The translations under genes and the position numbers were made by a program. A stretch of DNA of 57,111 bases from Flavobacteriales bacterium (GTDB lineage Bacteria > Bacteroidota > Bacteroidia > Flavobacteriales_D > Crocinitomicaceae), in contig CANHMH010000001.1 of the NCBI GenBank assembly GCA_947461635.1, forward strand, positions 1 to 57,111. Reading direction: 5' to 3'. The notes beneath the pieces are model-generated. The model was given only the letters and a program-made list of their open reading frames with translations. It did not search any database and was not told where the DNA came from. Within the stretch, counting starts at the first letter, position 1. Each line of letters starts with the position of its first letter. Shown here one piece after another: positions 29,701-39,755 of the stretch.

Positions 29701-30440
29701 TGATTCACTAAATTTATTTTTTCAGCTGGAATGAATAAATAATCACCTTGTTCGGACTGTTTTCCATTTTCAGCAATACATTTTCCGTTGACAATCCCGT
29801 GTTGTATATAATTTAATTCCGCGAAAAAGTTCAATAATAATTCCGTGTTTTTATTGTCAATTTCGATTTGAACAATTGGACGCTTTTCCGTTAAAACAGC
29901 TCCCAGCTGACTAAATACTTCCCATTCATGTCCTTCAATATCACATTTGATGTAATCAATTCGCTCAAACGTACTGAAAAACGCAGAGGTGTTCACCATT
30001 TGAACTTGTTGCGTTGTTTCATGTTCAGCTTCTTGTTCATTTCGCATGACATGCGGTAGTCCTGTTCGCATCATACCATTTGTTTTGGGTAAAACCATGG
30101 TAATAGATCCGGATGTTTTTCCAAGAGCGACATTGTGAAGTTCCACATTTTCTTTGTTCCCAATAAAGTAATTTAATACCGCATGAAATTGAGGCAAGGG
30201 CTCTATGGCAATTAACTTGCCATTTGGAACCAAACGAGAGAACGTTTTTGCAAAATAGCCAAGGTTTGCTCCAATATCAATCACAACATAATCGGGCTGT
30301 ATAATCCGCTGAATAAAATAATGGAACTTAAAAGATGGTTTGTTTTTCAATAAACCTAAACGATACATGAAGTAAAAACTTCTGTGTAAAGTCATCAGGT
30401 ATTGACGCTCACTTAGCAAGAAATATAAAAGTCTTTTCAA
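29688..30440 (-). CDS. FkbM family methyltransferase
   Basis: SAM-binding VVIDIGANLGYF and an FkbM-like layout. 250 aa. Confidence 0.7.
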   Translation of the reverse strand: MKRLLYFLLSERQYLMTLHRSFYFMYRLGLLKNKPSFKFHYFIQRIIQPDYVVIDIGANLGYFAKTFSRLVPNGKLIAIEPLPQFHAVLNYFIGNKENVELHNVALGKTSGSITMVLPKTNGMMRTGLPHVMRNEQEAEHETTQQVQMVNTSAFFSTFERIDYIKCDIEGHEWEVFSQLGAVLTEKRPIVQIEIDNKNTELLLNFFAELNYIQHGIVNGKCIAENGKQSEQGDYLFIPAEKINLVNQWNA

Positions 30441-30541
30441 TTACTCATTGTTTGAATAACGAAGTTACATTTTTCCCTTTGGACTTTCTTGTTTTTCGTT
30501 CAAAAATGCATGGATTAAGCAGAGAATTGTAATTTTAAGGC

Positions 30542-32893
30542 ATGAAAAATTTACTCCTTGGTTTGATTGCTATCTGTGCCGCCACATTTCATTCGAATGC
30601 ACAATTAGACTTGAAACAAATTATGTCTGGAACTGCGTTCGTTGGAAACTCCCCTGAATCGTATGATTGGTCTATTGATGGACAGTCCATTTATTTTTAT
30701 TGGAATCCTGAAAATAAAATTGGCCCTAGTTTATATCAATATTCCTTAAAGGATCACAAATACACGAAATTGTCCGATTCGCTCGCTTCGTCAGTTGTGT
30801 TTTTCGATCGAAATCAACGTGATTTTCAGCGCCAATTTATGAGTGATGAAGGAGTGTTGTGGAGTGTAGATAAAGTAAATGGATCCAGTCAAATCCACCT
30901 ACAAACGACAAATGGTGTTTTTAATGTGCAACGTGCAAAATCCCCAACAGTTGTTCTTTTTCAGCAAGGCGATCAAGCTTATTCTTTAGATATTCAATCT
31001 GGTTCAGTCAAGCAATTAACCAATTTTAAAGCGGGAAACAAAAAACAGCAGAACAAGGACAGTAGTTTTTTGGAAAAACAACAAGTAGAGTTGTTTGAAT
31101 TTATACAAGATAAAAATAAACGTTCCGAATATTATCAAGGACAAGCAAAGAATACACGCTTTAAATTCCCGAAAGAACAATTTGTTGGCGCCTCTTCTTG
31201 GAGTGAGATTCAAATCGATCCATCGGTGAATTATGCTGTTTTACGTGTGACGGAGGAGTCAGATTCAAAACCAACAAACGTAGAGCAATTTATTACGAAT
31301 GATGGATTCACAAAACATCAAGCTGCTCGTGATAAAGTAAGTGACAATGAGCCCAATCAGAAAATGCTCTTGTATCAAATGGCTGAGGACACATTAATTT
31401 TCTTGGATTTTTCCAAATTGACAGATATTCGTTTAAAGCCAGCTTTTATTAGAGAAAAGGACACTGTTTCACTCTATTCAAAGGATCGTTCTATATTCAT
31501 TCATGCCCTTAAATTTGCTCAAAGCAATGCATTAGCACTTTGCGATGTGCGAAGTGCGGATAACAAGGACAGATGGATTGTTCTCATCAATTTGCAAAAA
31601 GCAAGTGTGGAAGAAATCGAGCATCAACATGACGAAGCGTGGATTGGTGGTCCGGGTATTTCTTCCTGGAACGAAGCTGATGGAAATATGGAGTGGATTG
31701 TTGATGGCGAAACGTTTTATTTTCAATCGGAGGAAACAGGTTATTCTTCTTTGTATCAATATGAACTATCAAAAGGAAAAAAGACCTGTCTTTGGCCAAT
31801 TGCGAAAACAGAAGTATACGAAGTTCGTTTATCCAAAGACCGCAAAAATCTTTACCTAGAATACAATCCATGTGAAATTGGAAAAACGGGACACCACGCT
31901 TTTGGTAAATTAAGTTTGGAAAATTTAAGTTTCACGCCCTACACAAATTTACAAGTTGGATACAATGAAGTCTTGTTATCACCGGATGAAAAGAATTTGG
32001 CAGTTCGACAGTCCTTTGCGAATAAACCATGGGAATTGTATGCTGGTCTAAATATTCCGAGTAAATCCAATTTAAATCAAATCACACATTCCACGACAAA
32101 AGAATTTGATTCTTATTCGTGGATTGATCCACAAGTGATTTCCATTCCGGCATCAGATGGGGTTTCAATTTTTGCACGTATTTATGAACCAACGAAAGAA
32201 ACGAAAAATGGCGCTGCTATTTTCTTTGTTCATGGTGCAGGTTACCTACAAAATGCCCATCATTATTGGAGTAATTATTACCGTGAGTATATGTTTCATC
32301 ATTTGTTACGCGAAAAAGGCTACACTGTTATTGATTTGGATTACCGAGCAAGTGAAGGATATGGGCGCGATTATCGAACGGCAATCTACCGTCATATGGG
32401 AGGAAGGGATTTGGAGGATTTTGCTGATGCAAAAGCGTTTATGGTTAAAAATTATGGGATTGATGCGAAGCGAGTAGGGATGTACGGTGGTTCTTACGGT
32501 GGATTCATAACCTTGATGGGACTGTTAACCAAACCAAATGAATTCGCTTGTGGTGCAGCTTTACGCTCTGTTACAGATTGGGCACACTACAATCATGAAT
32601 ACACAAGCAATATTTTAAATAGCCCGGAAACAGATCCTGAGGCTTACCGCAAAAGTTCGCCTATCTATTTTGCTGAAAATTTACAGGATCCTTTAGTGAT
32701 GTTACACGGAATGGTGGATGACAATGTGCAATTTCAAGATGTCGTTCGCTTAAGTCAACGATTTATTGAACTAGGGAAAAAGGATTGGGATTTAGCCGTT
32801 TATCCTGTTGAATCTCATGGATTCAAAGAATCCTATTCGTGGTATGATGAATACCGACGCATTTTGGAATTAATGGAAAAGAATTTAAAATAA
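30542..32893 (+). CDS. S9 family serine peptidase (prolyl oligopeptidase / DPP-like)
   Basis: Signal peptide, a long beta-propeller-like N-terminus and a C-terminal alpha/beta hydrolase with the nucleophile elbow GGSYGGF. Confidence 0.8.
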   Translation: MKNLLLGLIAICAATFHSNAQLDLKQIMSGTAFVGNSPESYDWSIDGQSIYFYWNPENKIGPSLYQYSLKDHKYTKLSDSLASSVVFFDRNQRDFQRQFMSDEGVLWSVDKVNGSSQIHLQTTNGVFNVQRAKSPTVVLFQQGDQAYSLDIQSGSVKQLTNFKAGNKKQQNKDSSFLEKQQVELFEFIQDKNKRSEYYQGQAKNTRFKFPKEQFVGASSWSEIQIDPSVNYAVLRVTEESDSKPTNVEQFITNDGFTKHQAARDKVSDNEPNQKMLLYQMAEDTLIFLDFSKLTDIRLKPAFIREKDTVSLYSKDRSIFIHALKFAQSNALALCDVRSADNKDRWIVLINLQKASVEEIEHQHDEAWIGGPGISSWNEADGNMEWIVDGETFYFQSEETGYSSLYQYELSKGKKTCLWPIAKTEVYEVRLSKDRKNLYLEYNPCEIGKTGHHAFGKLSLENLSFTPYTNLQVGYNEVLLSPDEKNLAVRQSFANKPWELYAGLNIPSKSNLNQITHSTTKEFDSYSWIDPQVISIPASDGVSIFARIYEPTKETKNGAAIFFVHGAGYLQNAHHYWSNYYREYMFHHLLREKGYTVIDLDYRASEGYGRDYRTAIYRHMGGRDLEDFADAKAFMVKNYGIDAKRVGMYGGSYGGFITLMGLLTKPNEFACGAALRSVTDWAHYNHEYTSNILNSPETDPEAYRKSSPIYFAENLQDPLVMLHGMVDDNVQFQDVVRLSQRFIELGKKDWDLAVYPVESHGFKESYSWYDEYRRILELMEKNLK

Positions 32894-32897
32894 GCAC

Positions 32898-33335
32898 ATG
32901 TTAGTAAGAGAATTGGTGGACAAAGAGGAAATGTTGAAATACCTTCCCGTGTTGAATGAACTTTATCCTAGTTTGACAACGGAAGAATATTCCCGCGAAT
33001 TAGATGAAATGCTTTCATGTCGTTATGGTCAAGTAGCGGTTTTTGAGGAGGAAGCGTGTGTTGCTATCTGTGGATTTTGGATAGGTAATAAATTGTGGAT
33101 TGGCAAATATTTGGAATTAGATAATATCGTTGTTCGTGCTTCCCATCGCAGCCAAGGAGTAGGGAAGTTGATGTTTGATTTTCTTGAAAGAAAAGCTGTA
33201 GAGCAACAATGTAAAATGCTGTCATTGGATTCGTACACAAGTAACTTCCAAGCACACAAGTTTTTCTATAACGAGGGATATGTGCCCAAAGGATTTCACT
33301 TTGTGAAATTATTGGACAAAGATGCAATTAGATAG
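32898..33335 (+). CDS. GNAT family N-acetyltransferase
   Basis: 145 aa. The acetyl-CoA motif RSQGVGKLMFDFLE matches R/Q-x-x-G-x-G/A. Confidence 0.75.
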   Translation: MLVRELVDKEEMLKYLPVLNELYPSLTTEEYSRELDEMLSCRYGQVAVFEEEACVAICGFWIGNKLWIGKYLELDNIVVRASHRSQGVGKLMFDFLERKAVEQQCKMLSLDSYTSNFQAHKFFYNEGYVPKGFHFVKLLDKDAIR

Positions 33336-33342
33336 ATATAAA

Positions 33343-33369
33343 AAAACCGAGTCTTTTGAACTCGGTTTT
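33343..33369. terminator. Bidirectional intrinsic terminator
   Basis: A 9-bp stem aaaaccgag/ctcggtttt between the convergent GNAT and trxB genes. Confidence 0.7.
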
Positions 33370-33388
33370 CAGATTTTAATAGCTTTTT

Positions 33389-34339
33389 TTAAGAATGTTT
33401 TGCAGCTAAATAACGTTCAGCGTCTAATGCTGCCATACAGCCAGTTCCAGCAGCTGTAATCGCTTGTCGATACGTTCTATCCGCTGCATCACCGGCAACA
33501 AATACTCCAGGCACATTCGTTTTAGAACTTCCCGGTTGTTCATATTTGATATATCCCGTTTCATCTAAGTCGATGAAGTCTTTGAAAATCTCTGTATTTG
33601 GTTGGTGTCCAATGGCAACGAAGAATCCAGTGGCTGGAATCGTGCGCTCTTCTTTCGTTTGAATGTTTTGAACACGCGCTCCAGTTACTAATTGTCCATC
33701 ACCTAAAACTTCTAATGTTTCAGTATTAAACAAGATTTCGATGTTTGGCGTTTTCATGACACGTTCCGCCATGATTTTAGAAGCCCTAAATTCATCACGT
33801 CTTACCAACATCGTAACTTTCGTACACAATTTCGACAAGTAATGTGCTTCTTCACATGCTGAATCTCCAGCTCCAACAATAATCGTTTCTTGATTACGGT
33901 AAAAGAATCCGTCGCATACGGCGCATGCAGAAACTCCTCCTCCTAACTTCAAGTATTTTTGTTCACTCTCTAATCCTAAGTATTTTGCTGATGCTCCAGT
34001 AGAAATAATCACCGTTTCTGCATGAATCTCCGTTCCGTTCTCTGTCCAACATTTGTGAATATCACCACTGAAATCGACTTTGGTGATAAACCCAGAACGA
34101 ATATCCGTATCGAAACGCTTAGCTTGCTCTTCTAATTGCATCATCATCTCCGGACCTGTGACTCCTTGTGGATATCCAGGAAAGTTCTCTACTTCGTTTG
34201 TTGTTGTCAATTGTCCTCCGGGTTGTAATCCTTGATACATAACTGGTTTCATGTCAGCTCTTGCTGCATAAATGGCTGCTGTATATCCAGCGGGACCAGA
34301 ACCAATAATTAAACATTCAAGGTGTTCTATTGTACTCAT
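33389..34339 (-). CDS. trxB: Thioredoxin-disulfide reductase
   Basis: FAD motif IIGSGPAGYTAA, redox-active CAVCDG and NADPH motif VGAGDSA. Confidence 0.95.
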   Translation of the reverse strand: MSTIEHLECLIIGSGPAGYTAAIYAARADMKPVMYQGLQPGGQLTTTNEVENFPGYPQGVTGPEMMMQLEEQAKRFDTDIRSGFITKVDFSGDIHKCWTENGTEIHAETVIISTGASAKYLGLESEQKYLKLGGGVSACAVCDGFFYRNQETIIVGAGDSACEEAHYLSKLCTKVTMLVRRDEFRASKIMAERVMKTPNIEILFNTETLEVLGDGQLVTGARVQNIQTKEERTIPATGFFVAIGHQPNTEIFKDFIDLDETGYIKYEQPGSSKTNVPGVFVAGDAADRTYRQAITAAGTGCMAALDAERYLAAKHS

Positions 34340-34360
34340 ATCTTTCGTTTTTTAACAGAG

Positions 34361-34368
34361 CAAAAATA
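34361..34368 (-). promoter_or_regulatory. -7 box TATTTTTG (minus strand) upstream of trxB
   Basis: Plus strand reads CAAAAATA, 21 nt upstream of ATG 34339. Confidence 0.5.
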
Positions 34369-34500
34369 AGGGATTGCGTCCAATTAGATGAAAATTCTCT
34401 CGGTGTCTTCTAAACAACTTCTCAACAATTGGTAACATTTCATGAGAGGATGCGTCCATCAAAATAATTCCTTATTTTCGTACCTCAAAAAAAACAGAAA

Positions 34501-36090
34501 ATGAATAAAAGAATATTAATTTGTTTGTGTTCTTCACTTGTCTTTACAAGTTTCGCTCAGAAAAAAGAAGAAACACCTAACCATGCACCATTAAATTGGT
34601 ATTTGAATGATCCGAAAGCGGATGGTATTTATGGAGTAGGAGCTGAGCGCGCCTATGAGTTGTTAAACGCCGCAGGTAAAAAACCAAAGCAAGTAATTGT
34701 AGCGGTTATTGATAGCGGTGTGGAAACAGATCATCCAGATTTAAAAGATGTGATTTGGGTAAACGAAGATGAAATTCCAGGAAATGGAATTGATGATGAT
34801 AAAAATGGATACGTCGATGACGTTCATGGTTGGTCCTTTTTAGGTGGAGCAACACAAGATATCAATAACGAAGCATCTGAATTGTCGCGCATGTACCACA
34901 ATGAATCGGCTTATTTTAACGGGAAGTCAGCGTCTTCTATTTCAGATAGCGACAAAACACGTTACGAGGCCTATTTAAAATTGAAAAAAAGTTTTGAAGA
35001 CGACTTAAAAAGTTCACAACAACAATTGGCTTCCATGAAAGCGTTTGATTCCTATGTTCAAAATGTAAAAACAGCATCGAACGGTGAATTTTCTAAAAAA
35101 ACGAGTGCGGATTACACCCCAATTTCTGATCAAGAAAAACGCATTCAAAACAGATTGAAAGCAATTTTAATTGCGATGCCAGCAGCAACCTTAGAATCTG
35201 AAATTCATCATGCAATGGAATCAGTAGAAGGAAGCATTAAAATGTCTACAGTCAATGCGGATAGTATTCGTGCCATCGTAGTGGGTGATCATCCAAATGA
35301 TTTAACTGAGAAATATTATGGTTGTAACCGTTACGAAGGACCAGACGCCATGCACGGAACACATGTATCTGGTATCATTGCGGCATCTCGTGGAAATGGA
35401 ATTGGAATTGATGGAATTGCAAATTGTGCACGCATCATGGTTGTTCGCGCAGTTCCAAACGGTGACGAACGAGATAAAGACGTTGCGAACGCTATTTATT
35501 ACGCAGTAGACAATGGAGCTACCGTGATTAATATGTCCTTCGGTAAATATTATACGCCAAACAAAGAAGCTGTTGACGCTGCTATTCGTTATGCAGAAAG
35601 CAAAGATGTTCTTTTGGTTCACGCTGCAGGAAACGATGCGAAAAATAAAGATGTAGAAGATTCTTACCCAACGCGTATTTTGAACGATGGAAAATGGGCG
35701 AGCAATTGGATCGATGTAGGTGCAAGTAGTTCATCTAAAAAAGGAAAAACGATTTTAGCTGATTTCTCTAACTACGGAGCAAAATCGGTTGATTTCTTCG
35801 CTCCTGGTGTAGATATTTATTCCACAGTGCCTGATGCAAAATACGAAGATGCTTCTGGTACATCCATGGCTTGTCCAGCTACAGCTGGAGTTGCTGCTTT
35901 GATCCGTGGGTATTTTCCTGAATTGACGGCTGCACAAGTTCGCGAGTTATTGATGAATACTTCAGTGAAATACAAAAAGTCAGTTCAAATTCCAAGTGCT
36001 AAAAAATCTGGAAAAATGACAGAAACGTGTATTACAGGTGGATTTGTGAATGCAGCGGAAGCTGTTGAATTCTTGCTAAACAAGAAATAA
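34501..36090 (+). CDS. S8 family (subtilisin-like) serine peptidase, secreted; paralog of 22245..23633
   Basis: VAVIDSGVE, HGTHVSGIIAA and GTSMACPATAGVAA. It shares the LNWY and IDDDKNGY(F)VDDVHGW blocks with the other S8 gene. Confidence 0.85.
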   Translation: MNKRILICLCSSLVFTSFAQKKEETPNHAPLNWYLNDPKADGIYGVGAERAYELLNAAGKKPKQVIVAVIDSGVETDHPDLKDVIWVNEDEIPGNGIDDDKNGYVDDVHGWSFLGGATQDINNEASELSRMYHNESAYFNGKSASSISDSDKTRYEAYLKLKKSFEDDLKSSQQQLASMKAFDSYVQNVKTASNGEFSKKTSADYTPISDQEKRIQNRLKAILIAMPAATLESEIHHAMESVEGSIKMSTVNADSIRAIVVGDHPNDLTEKYYGCNRYEGPDAMHGTHVSGIIAASRGNGIGIDGIANCARIMVVRAVPNGDERDKDVANAIYYAVDNGATVINMSFGKYYTPNKEAVDAAIRYAESKDVLLVHAAGNDAKNKDVEDSYPTRILNDGKWASNWIDVGASSSSKKGKTILADFSNYGAKSVDFFAPGVDIYSTVPDAKYEDASGTSMACPATAGVAALIRGYFPELTAAQVRELLMNTSVKYKKSVQIPSAKKSGKMTETCITGGFVNAAEAVEFLLNKK

Positions 36091-36110
36091 TCGTCCTTTC
36101 AATAGGAATA

Positions 36111-36141
36111 AAGTCCCGACAACACGTCGGGACTTTTTTTT
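36111..36141 (+). terminator. Rho-independent terminator after the S8 peptidase gene
   Basis: A 9-bp stem agtcccgac/gtcgggact, loop aacac, and a T8 run. Confidence 0.85.
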
Positions 36142-36206
36142 GTCACTTCTTTCCAAATTAATGAGCGGATTACATCTTTCATCTTTAAGGTCTCGTTTCA
36201 TTTTGC

Positions 36207-36214
36207 TATTTTTG
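36207..36214 (+). promoter_or_regulatory. -7 box TATTTTTG upstream of the TerC-family gene
   Basis: Exact match 25 nt upstream of ATG 36240. Confidence 0.5.
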
Positions 36215-36239
36215 CTCACAAGAATTAATACTTCAATAA

Positions 36240-37265
36240 ATGACCAATAACCCTCTTTTAATCATCCTTTTTGCTGTTATCATTGTTTTTATGATGTTGC
36301 TCGATTTGGGAGTAGTCAATAAACGAAGTCATGTCATCACCAATAAAGAAGCCTTGAAGTGGACGCTTATTTGGGTTTCTGTTTCGATGTTATTCAGTTT
36401 AGTCGTTTATTGGCAGTCAGGTTTCGCAAAGTTTGCAGATTATCAATCCGCTTATTGGATAGAAGAGGCCTTGTCGGTAGATAATATGTTCGTGTTTATC
36501 CTCGTTTTTCGCTTTTTCAAATTGGAAGGCAAACTGCAACACAAGGTATTGTTCTGGGGAATTATCGGTGCCATCATTTTTCGGGCGATTTTCATCTTCT
36601 CGGGAATTGGATTAATCAATTTAACATACCTACCTGAATTCAGCATTGGCTCATGGAATTTTAGCTTGGACCAAGAAGCAAATCGCAGTTTAGCAGAAAA
36701 TGTAGGTAAGTTCTTCCGTCCAAACGCCATTTTAACCATTTTCGGTATTTTCCTTATTTACGCTGGAATAAAGTCCTTGTTCGCATCGGAGGATGAGGAT
36801 GATAAAGAAGATTACTCGACGAGTTTTGGTGCGCGTATGGCACGTAAAGTATTTCCCATTTCGAAAAACTATTACGGAGATAAGTTTTTTATTTCATGGA
36901 ATAAAAAACGTTTTGCAACGAAGTTATTTTTGGTCTTGGTAGTCATTGAAACAACAGATTTGGTCTTTGCCATTGACTCCATTCCTGCCATTTTTGCCAT
37001 TGCACCAAATGACCCCGTGATTCTATACACATCTAATATCTTTGCCATTTTAGGATTAAGATCGATGTATTTTTTATTGGCGAATTCCATTCACATGTTC
37101 TCGAAATTGAAATACGGGTTAGCCTTCATTTTATCCTTTATTGGATTAAAAATGTTGCTATCTCCGTTCATTCATATTCCATCATCGATTTCATTGCTCA
37201 TTGTTATAGGAGCATTGTTCTTATCGATTTTAGCATCGATTTATTGGAAAGAAGAAGAAGCGTAA
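36240..37265 (+). CDS. TerC family integral membrane protein
   Basis: Polytopic membrane protein with the duplicated TerC signature (LSVDNMFVFILVF and DLVFAIDSIPAIFAI). Confidence 0.8.
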   Translation: MTNNPLLIILFAVIIVFMMLLDLGVVNKRSHVITNKEALKWTLIWVSVSMLFSLVVYWQSGFAKFADYQSAYWIEEALSVDNMFVFILVFRFFKLEGKLQHKVLFWGIIGAIIFRAIFIFSGIGLINLTYLPEFSIGSWNFSLDQEANRSLAENVGKFFRPNAILTIFGIFLIYAGIKSLFASEDEDDKEDYSTSFGARMARKVFPISKNYYGDKFFISWNKKRFATKLFLVLVVIETTDLVFAIDSIPAIFAIAPNDPVILYTSNIFAILGLRSMYFLLANSIHMFSKLKYGLAFILSFIGLKMLLSPFIHIPSSISLLIVIGALFLSILASIYWKEEEA

Positions 37266-39065
37266 TTAGAAAAGGAAACTTGCTCCTTCTTCGCTTTTTG
37301 TAACCATTTTACGGACGTTTGAGAATAATTCTCTCCCGAATGCAAATGTGTTATCATTCGAAATATAGGTCGCTTCTCTTTGAGTTACTTCCGCTTCATT
37401 TTGAACGGTTAATTCACCGTGGTACGAATCTAAACGGATAACATCACCAGTACGAATTTTAGCAATCATACCACCGTCTTTAGCTTCCGGTGTTAAGTGA
37501 ATGGCTGCAGGAACTTTTCCGGATGCTCCTGACATTCTTCCATCCGTCACCAAAGCCACTTTAAATCCTTTCTTCTGAAGTATCGTTAGGGTAGGTGTCA
37601 ATTGGTGCAATTCAGGCATTCCGTTGTGCTTTGGACCTTGGAATGGAAGTACTGCGATGAAATCTTTTTCCAATTCACCGTTTTTGAAGGCTTTGATCAA
37701 ATCACTTTGCTCATGAAACACAATTGCAGGTGCTTCAATTACACGTTGGTCATCTGCCACAGCGGCTGTTTTAATAACGGAACGACCAAGGTTTCCTTTT
37801 AGAATTTTAATTCCACCATCTTTAGAGAATGGATGATCAACCGGTCGAATAATGGATTCATTAAGCGTTTCTTTCGCGCCATCAACCCAAATTAATTCAT
37901 GGTTTTCAATTCTAGGTTCTTGTTTGTATTTGTTCAATCCTTTACCAAGAATTGTGTAAACATCCTCATGTAATATTCCATGATCCAATAAGGTACGAAT
38001 CACAAATCCCATGCCTCCAGAAGCGTGGAAATGATTCACATCTGCTGCACCGTTTGGATACATTCGCGTTAACAAAGGAACAACATCGGAAAGGTCTGAC
38101 ATATCTTCCCAATTGATGATGATTCCTGCTGCACGAGCAATGGCAATGAGGTGAATGGTATGGTTTGTTGATCCACCAGTCGCTAATAATCCGATGATGC
38201 CATTCACGATGACTTTCTCGTCAATGATGTTTGCAATGGATCGTTCAAATCCGATGCGCGTATTTTCGATGGCAACTTTTACAGCTTCTTCGTTCAATAA
38301 ATCGCGTAATTCAGTTCCTGGATTCACGAAACTAGATCCAGGCAATTGCATACCCATGATTTCCATCAGCATTTGATTGCTATTGGCAGTTCCGTAAAAG
38401 GTACATGTTCCCGGAGAATGGTAGGAATCAGATTCTCCTTTGAGTAATTCTTCTCGACCGATTTTTCCTTCAGCAAATAATTGACGAATGCGACCTTTTT
38501 CTTCGTTACTGATTCCACTTGGCATTGGTCCACCCGGAAGGAATATAGTTGGCAAATGTCCAAAGCGCAAAGCTCCCATCATCAGTCCAGGAACAATTTT
38601 ATCGCAGATTCCAAGACAAAGTGTAGCATCAAACATGTTATGTGACAATCCAATTGCGGTTGACATCGCAATCACATCTCTTGAATACAAGGAAAGTTCC
38701 ATCCCTGGTTGTCCTTGAGTGACGCCGTCACACATTGCTGGTACAGCTCCTGCAACTTGTGCGATTCCATTGTGTTTATTTGCGTAGAGACGAATGTTTT
38801 TCGGATAATCTTCATACACCTTGTGTGCGGAGAGCATGTCATTGTATGCGGTGATGACGCCTAAATTCGGTAAACGATTTTGTGCTAATTCTGCTTTATC
38901 ATGTGATCCACATGCTGCAAAAGCATGTGCGAGATTTCCACAGCTCATTGCTTGACGAGTGACACCTTCCTGATGTGCACTTTTCATCTGTGTCAAATAG
39001 GTAGCTCTAATTTCTTGGCTTCTCTCAATAATTCGTTGGGTAATCTCTAAAACTTTCGCATTCAT
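37266..39065 (-). CDS. edd: Phosphogluconate dehydratase (Entner-Doudoroff)
   Basis: Collinear with E. coli Edd as I remember it: ITQRIIERS, CGNLAHAFAAC, AMCDGVTQGQPGMELSL, GICDKIVPGL, TCTFYGTANSNQM and LVTDGRMSGASGKVPAAIH. Confidence 0.9.
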   Translation of the reverse strand: MNAKVLEITQRIIERSQEIRATYLTQMKSAHQEGVTRQAMSCGNLAHAFAACGSHDKAELAQNRLPNLGVITAYNDMLSAHKVYEDYPKNIRLYANKHNGIAQVAGAVPAMCDGVTQGQPGMELSLYSRDVIAMSTAIGLSHNMFDATLCLGICDKIVPGLMMGALRFGHLPTIFLPGGPMPSGISNEEKGRIRQLFAEGKIGREELLKGESDSYHSPGTCTFYGTANSNQMLMEIMGMQLPGSSFVNPGTELRDLLNEEAVKVAIENTRIGFERSIANIIDEKVIVNGIIGLLATGGSTNHTIHLIAIARAAGIIINWEDMSDLSDVVPLLTRMYPNGAADVNHFHASGGMGFVIRTLLDHGILHEDVYTILGKGLNKYKQEPRIENHELIWVDGAKETLNESIIRPVDHPFSKDGGIKILKGNLGRSVIKTAAVADDQRVIEAPAIVFHEQSDLIKAFKNGELEKDFIAVLPFQGPKHNGMPELHQLTPTLTILQKKGFKVALVTDGRMSGASGKVPAAIHLTPEAKDGGMIAKIRTGDVIRLDSYHGELTVQNEAEVTQREATYISNDNTFAFGRELFSNVRKMVTKSEEGASFLF

Positions 39066-39068
39066 AGT

Positions 39069-39755
39069 CTAGGCATTTTCTGTGTAGTAGATTCCTTCTA
39101 AAAAGGGAATAAAATGATGTATCGGGTAATTTCTCTCCTTGCTTTCTTTGAGCACATCCAACTTCCGCGCTCCGGTAATCATTAAAAAGTTATGGTTTCC
39201 TTTCATTAATATTGGACCACAAAATGTAATGCGTTGAGTAGGTTCGTTCGGTGCGTTTGTGTTCGCTAATAAGTTGTTTGAATGAGTTGCGTTTTCAGAA
39301 GAAGTATCATTTGGAAATAAAGATGCGGTATGTCCATCATCACCCATCCCAAGTACAATGACGTCTGGATTTTCAAAAACGCCATTTTCTTTCGTAGCAA
39401 GTTTCAAGTTTTCAGCGTAATCAGCTGCATTAATCACCATAGGATGCATAGTTGCAGTCGTAGCTAAGTTTTGAAGCAAACTTTCACGAATGAGTGTTTC
39501 ATTCGAATATGGACTATCTTGTGGAACAAAGCGTTCGTCGACAAGTCCAACATGAACTTTTGACCAATCCAAGTCAATTTCACTCAATTTTTGATATAAA
39601 TTTTTTGGTGTACTTCCACCAGAAAGCAAAATAGTTGCAGTTCCTTTTTCTGCAATCTTTGAACCAAGAATACCTGCAATCTGAGATGCCAATTCCACTT
39701 CAAGAAGTGCTTTTGATTCAAATGAAATTAATCTCTCCATGACTTTGTTATCCAA
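39069..39755 (-). CDS. pgl: 6-phosphogluconolactonase
   Basis: LSGGSTPKNLY, VGLVDERFVP and LGMGDDGHTASLFP motifs. Confidence 0.85.
   Translation of the reverse strand: MDNKVMERLISFESKALLEVELASQIAGILGSKIAEKGTATILLSGGSTPKNLYQKLSEIDLDWSKVHVGLVDERFVPQDSPYSNETLIRESLLQNLATTATMHPMVINAADYAENLKLATKENGVFENPDVIVLGMGDDGHTASLFPNDTSSENATHSNNLLANTNAPNEPTQRITFCGPILMKGNHNFLMITGARKLDVLKESKERNYPIHHFIPFLEGIYYTENA

Noticed and set aside
30451-30504. Imperfect inverted repeat TTTGAATAACGAA / TTCGTTCAAA in the FkbM/S9 divergent region
   Set aside because: The match is only about 10 nt with an indel, the arms are about 30 nt apart, and the sequence is AT-rich. This is not distinguishable from chance.
31532-32477. 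Cluster of alternative-frame ORFs (75-106 aa) inside the S9 peptidase gene, and the 132-aa antisense ORF at 44450..44848
   Set aside because: These ORFs have low-complexity or odd composition, no motifs and no independent start signals. The sense-frame proteins are full-length and well supported.
34375-34458. Direct 8-mer repeat TGCGTCCA (34375 and 34451) in the trxB/S8 divergent region
   Set aside because: By my rough estimate, an 8-mer repeat within 160 nt has about a 0.2 probability by chance. There is no dyad symmetry or recognisable regulator motif.
36142-36239. Possible yybP-ykoY (Mn) riboswitch upstream of the TerC-family gene
   Set aside because: I see none of the conserved GGGGAGUAG or GAGACAU-type core elements, and no four-way-junction pairing. 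Only a -7 box and a short leader are present.
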